A stretch of 64,000 nucleotides of DNA, from assembly GCA_951406725.2 (NCBI GenBank), contig OX597825.1, forward strand, positions 68,324,001-68,388,000, given 5' to 3'. Shown piece by piece: positions 50,880-63,851 of the stretch. The first letter of the stretch is position 1; each line of letters begins with the position of its first letter. Source of the stretch: Octopus vulgaris (taxonomy: Eukaryota). A program made the position numbers and the translations under genes. The notes below the pieces were generated by a model. The model saw nothing but the letters and a program-made list of their open reading frames with translations, was not told the DNA's origin and did no database searches.

Positions 50880-51010
50880 CTCTTTAGAATCATGATATCT
50901 TGGAAATCAGACTTTTCTTTGTGCAATACTTGTTCAATTTCCAAAGACATACACTGACCAGGCCAGAGATCGCTAACCTCACTAAACCAGCCGTCTTTTA
51001 ATTTATTCAT
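50880..51010 (-). CDS. SRM: spermidine synthase coding exon 1 (ATG at 51010)
   Basis: [43 protein letters not shown]|GTAAGT; the eight exons sum to 867 nt = 288 aa + stop. Confidence 0.95.
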
Positions 51011-51302
51011 CGCTGTTTTTTTGGTCAGTGGGAAGATGAATTGGTCTGATTACACGAACCAAAAACAAACAGAAATGTTATATTAGGAGACAAGCAATAA
51101 TAAAATGAATAGCAATTATATATTTAAAACGAATATGGGGAAATAAAATAAAGATAATGTGGTATTTGAAAGAAAAGAAAAGGAAAAAGAAAAATTACAG
51201 TCTTGTTTAATGCGAAGGAAATGCGAGAAGATAAGAGAGAAAATTAACAGAATATGATTTAAATAAAGGAATATTAGATAGAGTACTTAATATTGAAAGT
51301 AC

Positions 51303-51345
51303 CTGCAGGAGTGTGGTTATCACAAAGTGCGATATCAAAACTTCG
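51303..51345 (-). other. SRM: probable non-coding first exon of SRM (intron 51302-51046)
   Basis: donor CAG|GTACTT at 51302 and acceptor TAATCAG| at 51046 upstream of the ATG; TSS is only estimated. Confidence 0.55.
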
Positions 51346-51359
51346 AGCGATCCGAATCG

Positions 51360-51385
51360 GTGCGCATGCGCCTTGCAAGCCAATT
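51360..51385. promoter_or_regulatory. NRF1-type site TGCGCATGCGC plus CCAAT box in a CpG-richer island (SRM promoter)
   Basis: GTGCGCATGCGCC at 51360-51372, GCCAAT at 51379-51384. Confidence 0.6.
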
Positions 51386-51869
51386 AAGAGCTGAGTGAGG
51401 GAAGAGACAAACGAATCTGTATGAATATAGATGCTGGTTCGTGTCCCGCAGATATCCTTCGACCTTTTTTCTTCCTGTTGTTGTTCTTGTTTTTCTTTTC
51501 CTGCTAAGTTTTTTATTTTTATTTTTAACCCAATATATTACACGCTATTATTAGTAATTTATGGATAATTTATATCAAATCTTTCGATTATTCGAATAGT
51601 GCAATTATTATATTTTTTTCCTATGGTCTCGCCCGAAGAGGATAGTCGAACTCATCAAAATTACAGGGACACTAAAAAAGTATTAAATGATGGATAAATA
51701 AGAAAAGACGGGAAATAAGTGTTGTTTAAATGTAAGCTTTTAAGAGATTTTATTCATAATTACTTATTAATCGTCATAATTTATCCAAGTCCCTGGAAAT
51801 AAACTAAAAGTAATAAGTATGTTTATTTTGGAGCAGAAATGGCAATACAGAACTTTTCTTGGGGGGGAT

Positions 51870-52040
51870 GATTGTATGGAAAACGACTTCCAGGCCAGAT
51901 TCCAAAAGTGGCAGGAACGCTGGAACAGGTGTATTGCGGCACAAGGTGACTATTTCAAAGGAGGTGATGTCAAAATTTAGGCAAATAAGTTATTTTTTAT
52001 TAAATATAACTAGTCCGGGAACCGTTTGATATCACCTCAC
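51870..52040 (+). mobile_element. mariner transposase C-terminal remnant
   Basis: FQKWQERWNRCIAAQGDYF. Confidence 0.7.
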
Positions 52041-52303
52041 AATCTATGCTGGTGTGTTTAGGTCCCCGTAACTTAGCAGTTCGGCAAAAGGTGACCGATA
52101 GAATAAGTACTAGACTTACACAGAATAAGTCCTGGGCTCGATTTGCCCGACTAAAAGGTGGTGCTCCAGCATGGCCGCAGTCAAATGACTGCAACAAGTA
52201 AAGAGACAAAAATCCCAGCAGTGTACCACATGTGTGTTACTTCCGCATCACCAGTCCATAAAATGTGCTTATGGGAAGAAAGTTATTGAGAAACATCAAT
52301 ATA

Positions 52304-52700
52304 GGCGCAGGAGTGGCTGTGTGGTAAGTAGCTTGCTTACCAACCACATGGTTCCGGGTTCAGTCCCACTGCATGGCACCTTGGGCAAGTGTCTTCTGCT
52401 ATAGCCTCAGGCCGACCAATGCCTTGTGAGTGGATTTGGCTGACGGAAACTGAAAGAAGCCTGTCATATATATGTATATGTGTGTATGTTTGTGTGTCTG
52501 TGTTTGTCCCCCTAGCATTGCTTGACAACCGATGCTGGTGTGTTTACATCCCCATTACTTAGCGGTTCGGCAAAAGAGTCCGATAGAATAAGTACTGGGC
52601 TTGCATAAGAATAAGTCCTGGGGTCGATTTGCTCGACTAAAAGGTGGTGTTCCAGCATGGCCACAGTCAAATGACTGAAACAAGTAAAAGAGTAAAGAGT
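52304..52700 (+). mobile_element. SINE family A
   Basis: full-length copy. Confidence 0.88.
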
Positions 52701-53082
52701 ATATGTGACAGTGACAAAGAAACGAGGAAGGTGGTCATGGAATGTGCTAGAAACAATGGCCAAATCTCCCTTAAATCACATGCCTTTTCATATGAAAATA
52801 TTTACAATTTGTTTTTTAATGAAAAGACTTCTCTCATGGTTATAACGGTTAAATGATAGCATTGTAGCTGCAGGTGGGCCTCCTTAGTCTCCTGGCAACC
52901 AATATTTTTAGACCCAGTCCACCTTGCATCTGTTCGTCACAAGTGCCCAAGGCAAAAGAGGACAGCCCTGGTCTTCCTTCCCTTACTTCCTCTCTCACCC
53001 TTCCTGTTCCACTCAAGCCACTTGACCGTTGACGTCACAGCCCTTTCCTTCTGGCTCATCTCATCCCCATTGTAAGGGTCCT

Positions 53083-53660
53083 TGAACGTTTTCATCAGAG
53101 ATGTCTCAGACACATTCTCAATGTGGGCCGGACCTCAAAAATTCCAGACACACAGATCCTGAGGACAGCTGATATCTTGAGTGTTGAGGCGGTGGTGCAC
53201 AAGCACCGGTTGCGTTGGACTGGACACCTTATTAGAATGAAGGATAGAAGGATTCCTAAGCAGATGCTCTATGGAGAACTTGTGAATGGAAGGAGACTCC
53301 GGCAGAAACTAAGTGGGTGATTTAAGGACTGTGTCAAGTCCTCATTAAAGGCCTATGATATGCAGGACACTGACTGGGAGAACAATGCCTGTCATCGCCA
53401 CAGATGGAAGAAGCAGGTTAAGGAGGGGATCGACACTTTTGAGAGAGCACGTATCCAGCATGAAGAACTTAAGCGAGCTGCGCGAAAGTGCACGGCTCGT
53501 ATAGTGAATGGGTAAAGCTTGGTCTGCAATGTTTGCAGTCGTGTATGCTTGTCAAGGGAAGGGCTCATTAGCCACCAACGGAGCCGCAAATGCAGTCCTA
53601 GAGCGCACAATGTTCCTGAAGGTCGGCAATGGTCTTCCTTGGTCACGAGTGGATGGCCAT

Positions 53661-53712
<52 letters not shown>
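53083..53712 (+). mobile_element. RTE/BovB-like LINE 3' fragment with C-terminal C2H2 finger
   Basis: RLRWTGHLIRMKDRRIPKQMLYGEL..CNVCSRVCLSREGLISHQRS; (TA)n/(TAA)n tail. Confidence 0.85.
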
Positions 53713-53772
53713 AAAATGTAACAACAAAAGAATGAGACCTCAATATTAGAGAAATAGAGGATTATTTATATA

Positions 53773-53948
53773 TGTTATAATTTAGAACAAGCAGTAAAAG
53801 GTTGTCATTATAATACTCAGAGTTTCGAATGTTGTAGCAAAGAGATACGATGCTAAATAGCCGACAAGAATGTATCATAGTTCTCCACTCTACCATTTGA
53901 AACTCCAAGTGCTATAATGACAACCTTTTACTGTTTGTTCTAAATTAT

Positions 53949-53952
<4 letters not shown>
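53773..53952. mobile_element. MITE with ~60-bp terminal inverted repeats inserted in (TA)n
   Basis: TGTTATAATTTAGAACAAGCAGTAAAAGGTTGTCATTATA / TATAATGACAACCTTTTACTGTTTGTTCTAAATTATAACA. Confidence 0.85.
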
Positions 53953-53981
<29 letters not shown>

Positions 53982-53984
<3 letters not shown>

Positions 53985-54308
53985 GGCGCATGGCTTAGTG
54001 GTTAAGGGCATTCGGCTCATGATTGTAAGGTCGTGAGTTCAATTCCTGGCGGTGCATTGTGTCCTTGAGCAAGACACTTTATTTTACATTGCTCCAGTCC
54101 ACTCAGCTGGCAGAAAATGAGTAGTACCTGTATTTCAAAGGGCCAGCCTTGTCACACTCTGTGTCACGCTGAATCTCCCTGAAGACTATGTTAAGAGTAC
54201 ATGTGTTTGTGGAGTGCTCAACCACTTGCACATTAATTTCACAAGCAAAGCTGTTCCATTGATCGTATCAGCTTGGACTCTCGTCGACACAACTGACGGA
54301 CTGCTCCT
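53982..54308 (+). mobile_element. tRNA-derived SINE family E
   Basis: A/B boxes then GTGTCCTTGAGCAAGACAC core; second copy at ~25305-25615. Confidence 0.8.
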
Positions 54309-54762
54309 ATATATATATATATATATCATTATCATCGTTTAACGTCTGCTTTCCATGCTAGCATGGGTTGGACGGTTCAACTGGGGTCTGGGAAGCCAGG
54401 AGGCTTCATCAGGCCCAGTCTGATCTGGCAGTGTTTCTACAGATGGATGCCCTCCCTAACGCCAACCATTCCATGTGTGTAGTGGGTGCTTTTTACGTGC
54501 CACCGGCACAGGTGCCAGACAAGGCTGGCAAACGGCCACGATCAGATGGTGCTTTTTACATGCCACCGGCACGGAGACCAGTCAGGGCGGCGCTGGCTAC
54601 GGCCACGTTCGGATGGTTCTCTTACGTGCCACCGGCACTGGTATCACAGCTACAAATTCCATTGATGTTGATCGATTACAACTTTGATTTTCACTTGCCT
54701 CAACAGGTCTTTACATATATATATATGGGCAAGTGTCTTCTGCTATAGCCCCGGGCCGACCA

Positions 54763-55172
54763 GGCGCAGGAGTGGCTGTGTGGTAAGTAGCTTGCTAACC
54801 AACCACATGGTTCCAGGTTCAGTCCCACTGCGTGGCATCTTGGGTAAGTGTCTTCTGCTATAGCCCTGGGCCGACCAATGCCTTGTGAGTGGATTTGGTA
54901 GACGGAAACTGAAAGAAGCCTGTCGTATATATGTTTATATATATAAGTGTGTGTGTATATATTTGTGTGCCTGTGTTTGTCCCCCTAGCATTGCTTGACA
55001 ACCGATGCTGGTGTGTTTACGTCCCCGTCACTTAGCGGTTCGGCAAAAGAGACCGATAGAATAAGTACTGGGCTTACAAAGAATAAGTCCCGGGGTTGAT
55101 TTGCTCAACTAAAGGCGGTGCTCCAGCATGGCCGCAGTCAAATGACTGAAACAAGTAAAAGAGAGAGTAAAG
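54763..55172 (+). mobile_element. SINE family A
   Basis: full-length copy, nearly identical to 56821-57215 (inverted). Confidence 0.88.
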
Positions 55173-55654
55173 GGTATATATATATATATATAGTTATGGT
55201 ATATTCTGTTAAGAATGTAGTAGATTACAGTATAAAGCTTATCCACTTTCAGATTTACCCTGTGCTCTCCAGTAGTAGTATTATATGTACTTCCAGGTTT
55301 GTATTTTGGCATCAGTCTTGTATGAATAACTAATTGAAGAAATTGGAGTCTTGGGTTTTATGAGGTGGATGTTTTCCATTTCTCAGCTACTTCAGAGTCC
55401 TGCAATCCTCCATTCTCTCTAAGTGATTCACCTATTGGAGTTTGTGCTGCAAAATAAATACCTCAATACTTTCACAGCGACTTCTTTCAAAGACCTCAAC
55501 ATCACTCATATACACTTTCCAATACAAGCCCAAGATATGGCGTAGACTTTACTGTTGGAAGCACTCTAGCTGTTTCAGATGATTTCGGTCAGGTACCCAT
55601 ATTTTGCAAGCATAAAACATGGAGGATAACACATATAAATCTTCACTTTTGTAT

Positions 55655-55992
55655 TGATAGAGGACTTATGTGTTGGTACATTGCCCTGATGAAACAAGAC
55701 CCCTTTTGCCAGTTTTTCTGGTTGATCAGCCTTCCTATTCCCTTGATTTGGCCCCCATCTGACTATCATCTGTTCCTCAACATGAAAAAAACACTTAGCT
55801 AAAAAACCAGTATCACAGTGGTGATGAAGTCATATCAGCTGTTGATGACTTTTTTGACCAACAGGATGAAAGCTTCTTCACCAATGGGATCCAAGCACTG
55901 CAACACCAATGAAAGAAATGTGTGAACCACAAGGGAGACTATGTTGAAAAATAAACCCCATTTGGTTACATTTCATCAGAGTATTTTCATCA
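55655..55992 (+). mobile_element. mariner transposase C-terminal remnant (first ~60 nt inverted)
   Basis: PYSLDLAP/SDYHLF..GDYVEK* on +; GVLFHQGNVPTH on -. Confidence 0.75.
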
Positions 55993-56358
55993 GGCATAGG
56001 AGTGGCTGTGTGGTAAGTAGCTTGCTTACGGATCACATGGTTCCAGGTTCATCCCACTGCATGGCATCTTGGGCAAGTGTCTTCTACTATAGCCTTGGGT
56101 CAACCAAAGCCTTGTGAGTGGATTTGATAGACAGAAACTGAAAGAAGCTCATCGTATATACGTATGTGTGTGTCTGTCCTCCCAACATCACTTGATATTG
56201 GCGTGTTTACGTCCCCGCAACTTGGTGATTCAGCAAAAGAGACTAATAGAAGAAGTACTAGGCTTACAAAGAATAAGTCCTGGGGTTGATTTGCTCGACT
56301 AAAGGCGGTGCTCCAGCATGACCACAGTCAAATGACTGAAACAAGTAAAAGAATAAAA
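55993..56358 (+). mobile_element. SINE family A inserted in mariner 3' end
   Basis: full-length copy. Confidence 0.85.
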
Positions 56359-56820
56359 GCCTATGAACTTTTCAGCCTTGTAGAGGTCATTATAACTGTT
56401 TTAATGTTTACTTTTCCATGCTTGCAAGTGTTAAGATAAGATTTGTTGAAACAGATTTCTGCAGCTGGGTATGGTTCCTGCTGCCAATCCACACTTGTTT
56501 CCAAGCCAAGTAATATTTCCAATTATTACAGATATATTTTCTGCCTTCTGCCTCTGCCCAACACCATCAGCCTTAGCAATCTGCCGAGGCTATTTGGCTG
56601 ATTTAGGCAGCAAAAGGTTTTATAAGGTGAAAAGGAAGTGAATTTTAGACCATCCGAGGAGCTATATCATGCCCCAACTTCACACTGATTGGTCAATCAT
56701 GCGAAACTGTGGTGGCTCACTCAATCCCTAATTGAATATCTTGTGGTTGGGGTTCAAATCCCAACAATGAATGCTATTTAACCCTTTCGTTACTGTATTT
56801 ATTTTGAGATGCTCTGTGTT

Positions 56821-57019
56821 TACTCTTTTTCTTGTTTCAGTCATTTGACTGCAGCCATGCTGGAGCACCGCCTTTAGTCGAGCAAATCGACCCCGGAACT
56901 TATTCTTTGTAAGCCCAGTACTTATTCTATCGGTCTCTTTTGCCAAACCGCTAAGTGACGGGGACGTAAACACACCAGCATCGGTTGTCAAGCAATGCTA
57001 GGGGGACAAACACAGACAT

Positions 57020-57052
<33 letters not shown>

Positions 57053-57215
57053 CGACAGGCTTCTTTCAGTTTCCGTCTACCAAATCCACTCACAAGGCAT
57101 TGGTCGGCCCGGGGCTATAGCAGAAGACACTTGCCCAAGATGCCACGCAGTGGGACTTAACCCGGAACCATGTGGTTGGTTAGCAAGCTACTTACCACAC
57201 AGCCACTCCTGCGCC
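56821..57215 (-). mobile_element. SINE family A inside TTAA MITE
   Basis: TSD CTGTGTTT. Confidence 0.88.
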
Positions 57216-57575
57216 TGTGTTTCTTTCAATTATTTTAAATATTACAAAGAATTTAGTAAAATAACTTGGTTATCATTCAGCTAGTGTTAGGAACATAACT
57301 TAGTTATCATTCAGCTAGTGTTAGGAACATAAATTGTGACTAAGGTTTGGAGGAAGATTTTAATTCAAAACTTATGAAAACAAGACATTTGTACTGAGAG
57401 CCAGAGCCGGTTTCAGCCGGGTTGGTATCAAAAGGGTTAATCATGTCTTCCTCATCCTTTTTTAATGTCCGTTGTCTATGCTAGCATAGACTGTTCTTTT
57501 CAGAAGTGTAAGCTATGAATATAATGAACCAATCTGGGAGTCAAATCCATAATTGGTCGATTGATAGATAAAATA

Positions 57576-58128
57576 TTGAGTTGTCCGGAAAGTTTGTGCC
57601 GATTTATAGTAGCTTACTTTTTGACTTATTTTAGAACATGGTTGAGTCCATAAAGTAGGATTTGACTACACCTCCATTTAGAGCACAATTTAAGCTATCT
57701 TTTCATGGAAGAAGATTTATGTTCCTATAACCTGTATTGATTCTGTAACCCTTTAAAATGGAAGATAAGAAAGTTCATTTTCGGCACTTGATGCTTTGGG
57801 AACCAGACATAAATTGCTGAAGCTCGGCTGGGATGTGTTACCCCACCCTCCATATTCAGCAAATGTTGCAACTTATTCAGGTCTCTGCAGAATAGTCTTA
57901 ATGGTAAAAATTTCAATTCCTTGGCTGACGTAAAAAGATACCTTGATGAATTCTTTGCCATGAAACCACCTCAGTTCTGGGAAGAGGGTATTTTCAAGTT
58001 AAAGGAAAGATGGAGACGCATTGTGCAACAAAATGGTTCATATTTGGTTGATTAAAAATGTAATGGCAAGTATTTATTGACCTTTTTCTTGCCTTTAAAA
58101 ATTGGCACAAACTTTCCAGACAACGCAA
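57576..58128 (+). mobile_element. internally deleted non-autonomous mariner with both TIRs
   Basis: ~29-bp TIRs TTGAGTTGTCCGGAAAGTTTGTGCCGATT, TA flanks; LGWDVLPHPPYS..ERWRRIVQQNGSY. Confidence 0.9.
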
Positions 58129-59095
58129 TACTTTATAAAACTCAGCTATCTAAAGACATACAAAAGTGAATGTAATTTTGATTCAGAAGGGAAATGTAAA
58201 TTAGACATTTGGAAATGTTAATCTTGTTTCTTCATAAGGGTCATTAATACATACGTTAACCCTTGAATTATGATCAGAAACTTAATTTTTGTCTCAAAAG
58301 CATTATATAAATGAGAGATCAACCTTGGTCTTGCAGAGAGCCACAAGCTGTCATCAATTTTATTGGAAATATATAGCAAGAGACTAAAGCAAGAGTGATA
58401 ATTCTTGTTATGTCTATGAAGTTAATGTGTTCAGTTATTTCAACAAATACAGTTTCAGTAAGGAATGATAATTTTAAAGTAAATTTGTGTTGTTTAGCCT
58501 CAAGGTCAGACTTGATTTCACAGACCTGTGTGAGTGTGTTTGTGATGGCTGTAAACATTGTTCTTCATTTCTAGTTTTCCATGAAAAACATGTCTGTTCA
58601 TGGGGAAATATTAACTTGTTGGTATACAGTTGAGGGTTGGCAGCAGGAAGGAGGGCATCCCGTTGTCGAAAATTTGTCTCAATAAACTCTGTTTGACCCA
58701 TGCAAACATGGAAAAGTGATATTAAAATGATGATGTATTAGTCTTAAGGATCAAACATTTTGCAGTTCATATCTTTTTTCATCAACACTGCATTCTGTGC
58801 CTGACAAAGATACTTCATTATCAATGGCTAAATTTACTAAACTGTCAATAGAAACTACGAGAAGACGTAATTGCTGCTGTTGTTTAGCCCTTGGTCTACT
58901 CTAACTCAAGCAGGCCTATGATCAACCAGCCTTTTTCCTAAATGCAAGGAATCTATAACTACATTACCTAACTTTTATATACACAGCTTTAGTAAGGAAT
59001 AATAATTTAAAATGAATATCTTGTTTAGCTTCGAAGTCTGACCTGATCTAGCAGTTAATTTCATTTTCCTTTCAGGGTCAATAAAATAAAGTACC

Positions 59096-59134
<39 letters not shown>

Positions 59135-60248
59135 CTCAGTTTTATTTTCTTCACAGCTGTAAGATCTTAATGAGAGCCAATGTGGTGCTGTAGGATTTTC
59201 CAATGTAATCCAATCATGAAATATCATTCAATCAATTCCACCAACCTTGTCTTTTTTCAACAAGTAGCATGGGTGATGTAAAATCAACTAACCACCTCTT
59301 CCTACAATGCTGGTGTTGTACATATTTGGAAATATGCTGTACGTGAGAAGACCAGGCAGGACAAGTGAGCCCAGCCCACTTATGCATGCCTTTCCTCCCT
59401 TGGATACAAAGACCTGTTGAGGCACCAGCCTCGCCTGGCACCTGTGCGGGTGGCACGTAAAAAGAAACCACTACACTCACGGAGTGGTTGGCGTTAGGAA
59501 GGGCATCCAGCTGTAGAAACATTGCCAGATAAGACTGGAGCCTGGTGCAGCCTTCTGGCTTTCCAGATCCCCGGTCAAACCGTCCAACCCATGCTAGCAT
59601 GGAGAACGGACGTTAAATGATGATGATGATGTACCAGAATTTGAAACAATATCAAGCTACTTTTTCAATCGACTTCAGCAGGTAACAAGAGGCATCAATT
59701 TACTGATATTATGTGATGTTACAAACTTTCTCAAATATTACAATGTGTAACAATTTTTTTTTTGTCCTTGGTAAGTGTTATTTTCTATTTACTAGAAATC
59801 AAAAGAAATTACAATTCCCTTCATACTTTGCTCTTGTGAGCAACCTGGACATCAAGGTTTTGAAACTGACCTATTTCCCATTACATTTCAGACAGATTCA
59901 GCACTGAGATGCTGAAGCAGAAATATTGTTATAGCAAATATTCTGCTCAATACCAAAGATTTGCTTGTCAGTTATTAGACATTAACCACTTGAGCATGTC
60001 CCTTAGAGGCTGACAATATGTGCATCTCTAGTGTAGTGGGGGAACATCATAGCCATGTGTTGAGGGGGATTCTTTGGGGTTTGAATAAATGTAACAAAAG
60101 CAAAGTTTGAAGGGAATATTACCCATTTTTCATACTGTCCAGGGAGTAAGCAAATAGAAAATAACAGTTGCTACCCAAGGACAAAAATCATGTTACACAG
60201 AACTGAAACCTGTATTATACATTCAGCTCTCCAAAAGTTTATATCCAA

Positions 60249-60637
60249 CTAGCAGTATCGCCTGGTGTTGCTCGGGTTTGTTACGACCCTTTAGAATTGG
60301 AATTTTTGAAAAGTAAAAATTTTGCATTTTGTCACTTGTTATTCTCTTTAAGTGAACATTTTTCTGGTTGAAATACACCGTAAAATGGCGACACAGCAGT
60401 CAAAAAATCGTAAAAAATGGGGATTTTCAAAGAAAGTAAACACCTTTTTGGTGTAAATAATTTTTGGTGTTAACACGGTCCGATTTGAATTTTATTTTCT
60501 AAGTAATGAAGTGCAAGCCTTCTATCATACTCTCAATTTTGGTCAACTTGTGCCGCAGGGTCTCGGAGGAGATAGTGTTAGTTGAAGGCTACCAAACCTG
60601 CCATACACAGACACCTTCAGCTTTATATAGAGAGAGA
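60249..60637 (-). mobile_element. non-autonomous Helitron-like element
   Basis: 5' TC, 3' CTAG with subterminal GC-rich hairpin remnant, A|T insertion site, no TSD. Confidence 0.75.
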
Positions 60638-60817
60638 TTTACAAAATTCAATACAAAGATAATAACCAAAGGATTTTATTTTGCACCAACAAAGATTTCA
60701 CATCCAATGGAAATCATTGCTGTAATTTTATTTTATAAAATTTATACAGTTCTCACAAAGAAAAACAAACAAACAAAAAACACACTTGAGTAATAATAGG
60801 TGTCTCAGAAAGTGAGA

Positions 60818-62618
60818 TTTATTTATTGTTTTCATTTATTATATTGCCCATATGGTGATTTTTTTTCTTTAAATTTACTTTATACTTTTCAGATAATTCT
60901 ACGTAATTTGATCACAATTTGGAAGGCAAAAGCCAGTTAAAAATATAATATAGGAGAACAGAAGAAGCTTTGATATATATTAGTTCTAATAATAAAAAAT
61001 GTCAAAACAGTATAAAAAAGAATAACGATTCCCCACCCCACTTCCTGTCCCCACTAAGTCATTCCCTGTCAGTTATATGTTATGGACAATTAGTGTTAAA
61101 ATTTAATTTTATTCCTTAAAAAAAAAAAAGTAATTACCTTGAGTAACACTGAAAATATAGCATCAAATACTCTTAGAATTTTCAGGTGTGTCTTAACTTC
61201 TTAGAAGACAAATCATTCTGGAGCTCTAAATGAGACACCGTTAAATAATTAAATGATCATCCATACTCTACCAGTAGAACAGTAAAGAATCTCCTCATTT
61301 GCATATCACAACAAGCAAAATTAACTAATGAGGAAACACCTCCTTCATGATTAGCAAAACATGGGACACCAGCTATGAAAATTCTGAGCCAAATTAACAA
61401 TCAGGTTAGAATCAGAGCAACGCTTTAAGCCGTTGCCCCAACATAAGAAAAGTGTCCCTGATATATATATATATATAACAATGTGTATACATACACACAT
61501 ACACACTTCTCCCAGTAATAATGACAATTATTTGTGTATGCAAATAGCTATTTGAAGCCAAATATATAGGGTTTCAAGTCTTAATCCTCACAAACTTAAG
61601 GAAAGCTAAAGGAAATTCTTGATTCAAAATATTCTGGAAATATTCCAGAACAACGATTTCCTTTGGAGAAGGGTTTACTGATTTGGGGAGAAAGGAGCTA
61701 CTGATTGCAAGGAATGGGGTTACCAATTGCCATCCCTTGAAAGCATTATAAACTAATATTGTATTCCAGTTTCAAAACAAAATTGGTTTTGAATTCAGTA
61801 TTCTTTAAGAACCATTAATTACTCTTCAGAAAGAGAAAAATCTTGTGTATTACCATCTTTTGCTGACTGTCGAGGAATAATCAACAGAAGGTATGTTTTA
61901 AGAAGAAAAAAAATATTTTCTTAATTGAACATTTCAGGGTGATGTCCAGGTTCTTTATGGGAAGGAAAACAAGGAAATCCCATAATAGACAGCGCAAATT
62001 GAGTCTGTTGATCAAGTTTGCTTTAGAAGGAGGAGCAGGAGGTGAGGAGTGGTTGGAGTGAAAAATACGGAAGCTAAAATTTGAATGTGTTGGGGAAGTG
62101 GATTCGATTTTCTCTGCTGGTGAGAGGAAATAAAAGGTTTATCACAGGGTAGAAAGCAGGTGCCACAACCATTAATTAATATTAAAGAAATGTAGCAGTT
62201 ACTGTTTTGTTATATTAGAGAGAGAGAGAGAGAAGGGAAGGATAATTTTAGATTATTATATAAATAAATAGAAAAATAAAAACAGAAAAAAATGCAAAAC
62301 AGTGAAAGCTGTTTCAAAAGAGATACAAAAAGTATATATATATTTATATGTGTATGATATATATATACACACAAGCATATATACATACATATACACATAT
62401 ACAAGCATATACATATATATATATACACACACACACACACAAGCTTATATATACACACACGCACACAAGCATATATGTATATACACACACATACAAGCAT
62501 ATATACATACATATACAAGCATATATATATATACACACACACATACAAGCATATATACATACATATACAAGCATATATATATACACACACACAAGCTTAT
62601 ATATACACACACACAAGC

Positions 62619-62655
<37 letters not shown>

Positions 62656-63280
62656 AGCATATATATATATACACACACACACACAAGCATATATACATAC
62701 ATATACACATATACAAGCATATATATATATATATACACATACATACATACACATACATACACACACACACACACATACATACAGAAAGAAAGAAAGAAAG
62801 AAGAGAGAGAGCATAGGAAAAAGCAAAAGAGAGAAAGAGAAAGAAAAAAAACAACGAAAAAGAAAGAAAAACTGGGTGGAATATAAATTGACATGCATAA
62901 AAATTCCTGCTGAGATTTATTGTAGTGTGTCCATGTTGATGATATTTGTGTTAAAGGTGTTTGTGTTGGTGTTTTTCACACAGTCATGTGTAATTCCATT
63001 TGAAATAAAGGTCTATATAGAGTCTAACAGGTTCATGCAGATACAATGTTCGTATTGAAGATTGGTTATAAAGGTTTGGCGGCAATGATGTACGTGTGTG
63101 TAAGCGTGCATGTATGTATATGCGTATGTGTGCGCGTGTATGTGTGTGCGAGTGTGTGTGGACATAGAGTGTTATTGTGTTGAAAGAAATCATTTCATCG
63201 TGGGCTTCTGGAAGACAACGGGGAGAAGAAATAGATGGGTGAATAAAGAAGGCTGTTTGTTGTTGTTTTTGTTGTTGCAG
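60818..63280 (-). other. probable 3' UTR of the unidentified gene, AATAAA cluster at 60840-60818
   Basis: SINE-free ~2.5 kb ending at several TTTATT (+ strand) motifs. Confidence 0.45.
62330..62870. repeat. compound (TA)n(CA)nAGC microsatellite plus GA-rich tract
   Basis: direct inspection. Confidence 0.9.
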
Positions 63281-63430
63281 TCAAGACCAGATGCCAACAT
63301 AATTTCCTTGTATGTCTGAAGGCATCGGGCCACCTGCAGTGAATAGCCGGACACCTGTGTCATCGTACTTGTGTGTGAAGATGGAATTGGAGTACCTCGT
63401 CCGCATCAAAGGCGAGTTGTTTTCTTTGTT
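63281..63430 (-). CDS. probable terminal coding exon of an unidentified gene
   Basis: TTTTCAG| then 49 codons NKENNSPLMRTRYSNSIFTHKYDDTGVRLFTAGGPMPSDIQGNYVGIWS*; GC-richer than flanks; phase 0 assumed. Confidence 0.55.
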   Translation of the reverse strand, partial: NKENNSPLMRTRYSNSIFTHKYDDTGVRLFTAGGPMPSDIQGNYVGIWS

Positions 63431-63487
63431 CTGAAAATATATATATTTAAAAGAGTATATTATATATATATTAAATGTGTGTGTGTG

Positions 63488-63559
<72 letters not shown>

Positions 63560-63820
63560 GCAAAAATTTAGATTCAAATGAATATGGTACTTAATTTAGA
63601 TGCACCAGAATTTTGTATGGTGTTATCCATATATCTACCTTCTCTATAATGTTGCCCCTTGATATGAAAATTTTTGTATTAATGGAAAACCTCTATAATT
63701 GGCTGATGAGTACTCAGCATCTTAAATCTGTTGTAATACTTACAACATTTAATAAAATGATGTAGTACAAACAATCGTACCAAATTACCGGAGTCATTCT
63801 TGTTGCTTATTTTGATTATA

Positions 63821-63851
<31 letters not shown>

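Noticed and set aside
51025-51308. Possible CUG-initiated short uORF in the SRM leader (polyamine genes often use uORFs)
   Set aside because: No AUG, only eight codons and no recognisable regulatory peptide; the leader itself is only predicted.
62210-63058. Long H/T/Y/I and C/V/Y ORFs (also at 20.6-21.1 kb and 29.2-29.8 kb)
   Set aside because: Translations of TA/CA/TG microsatellites.
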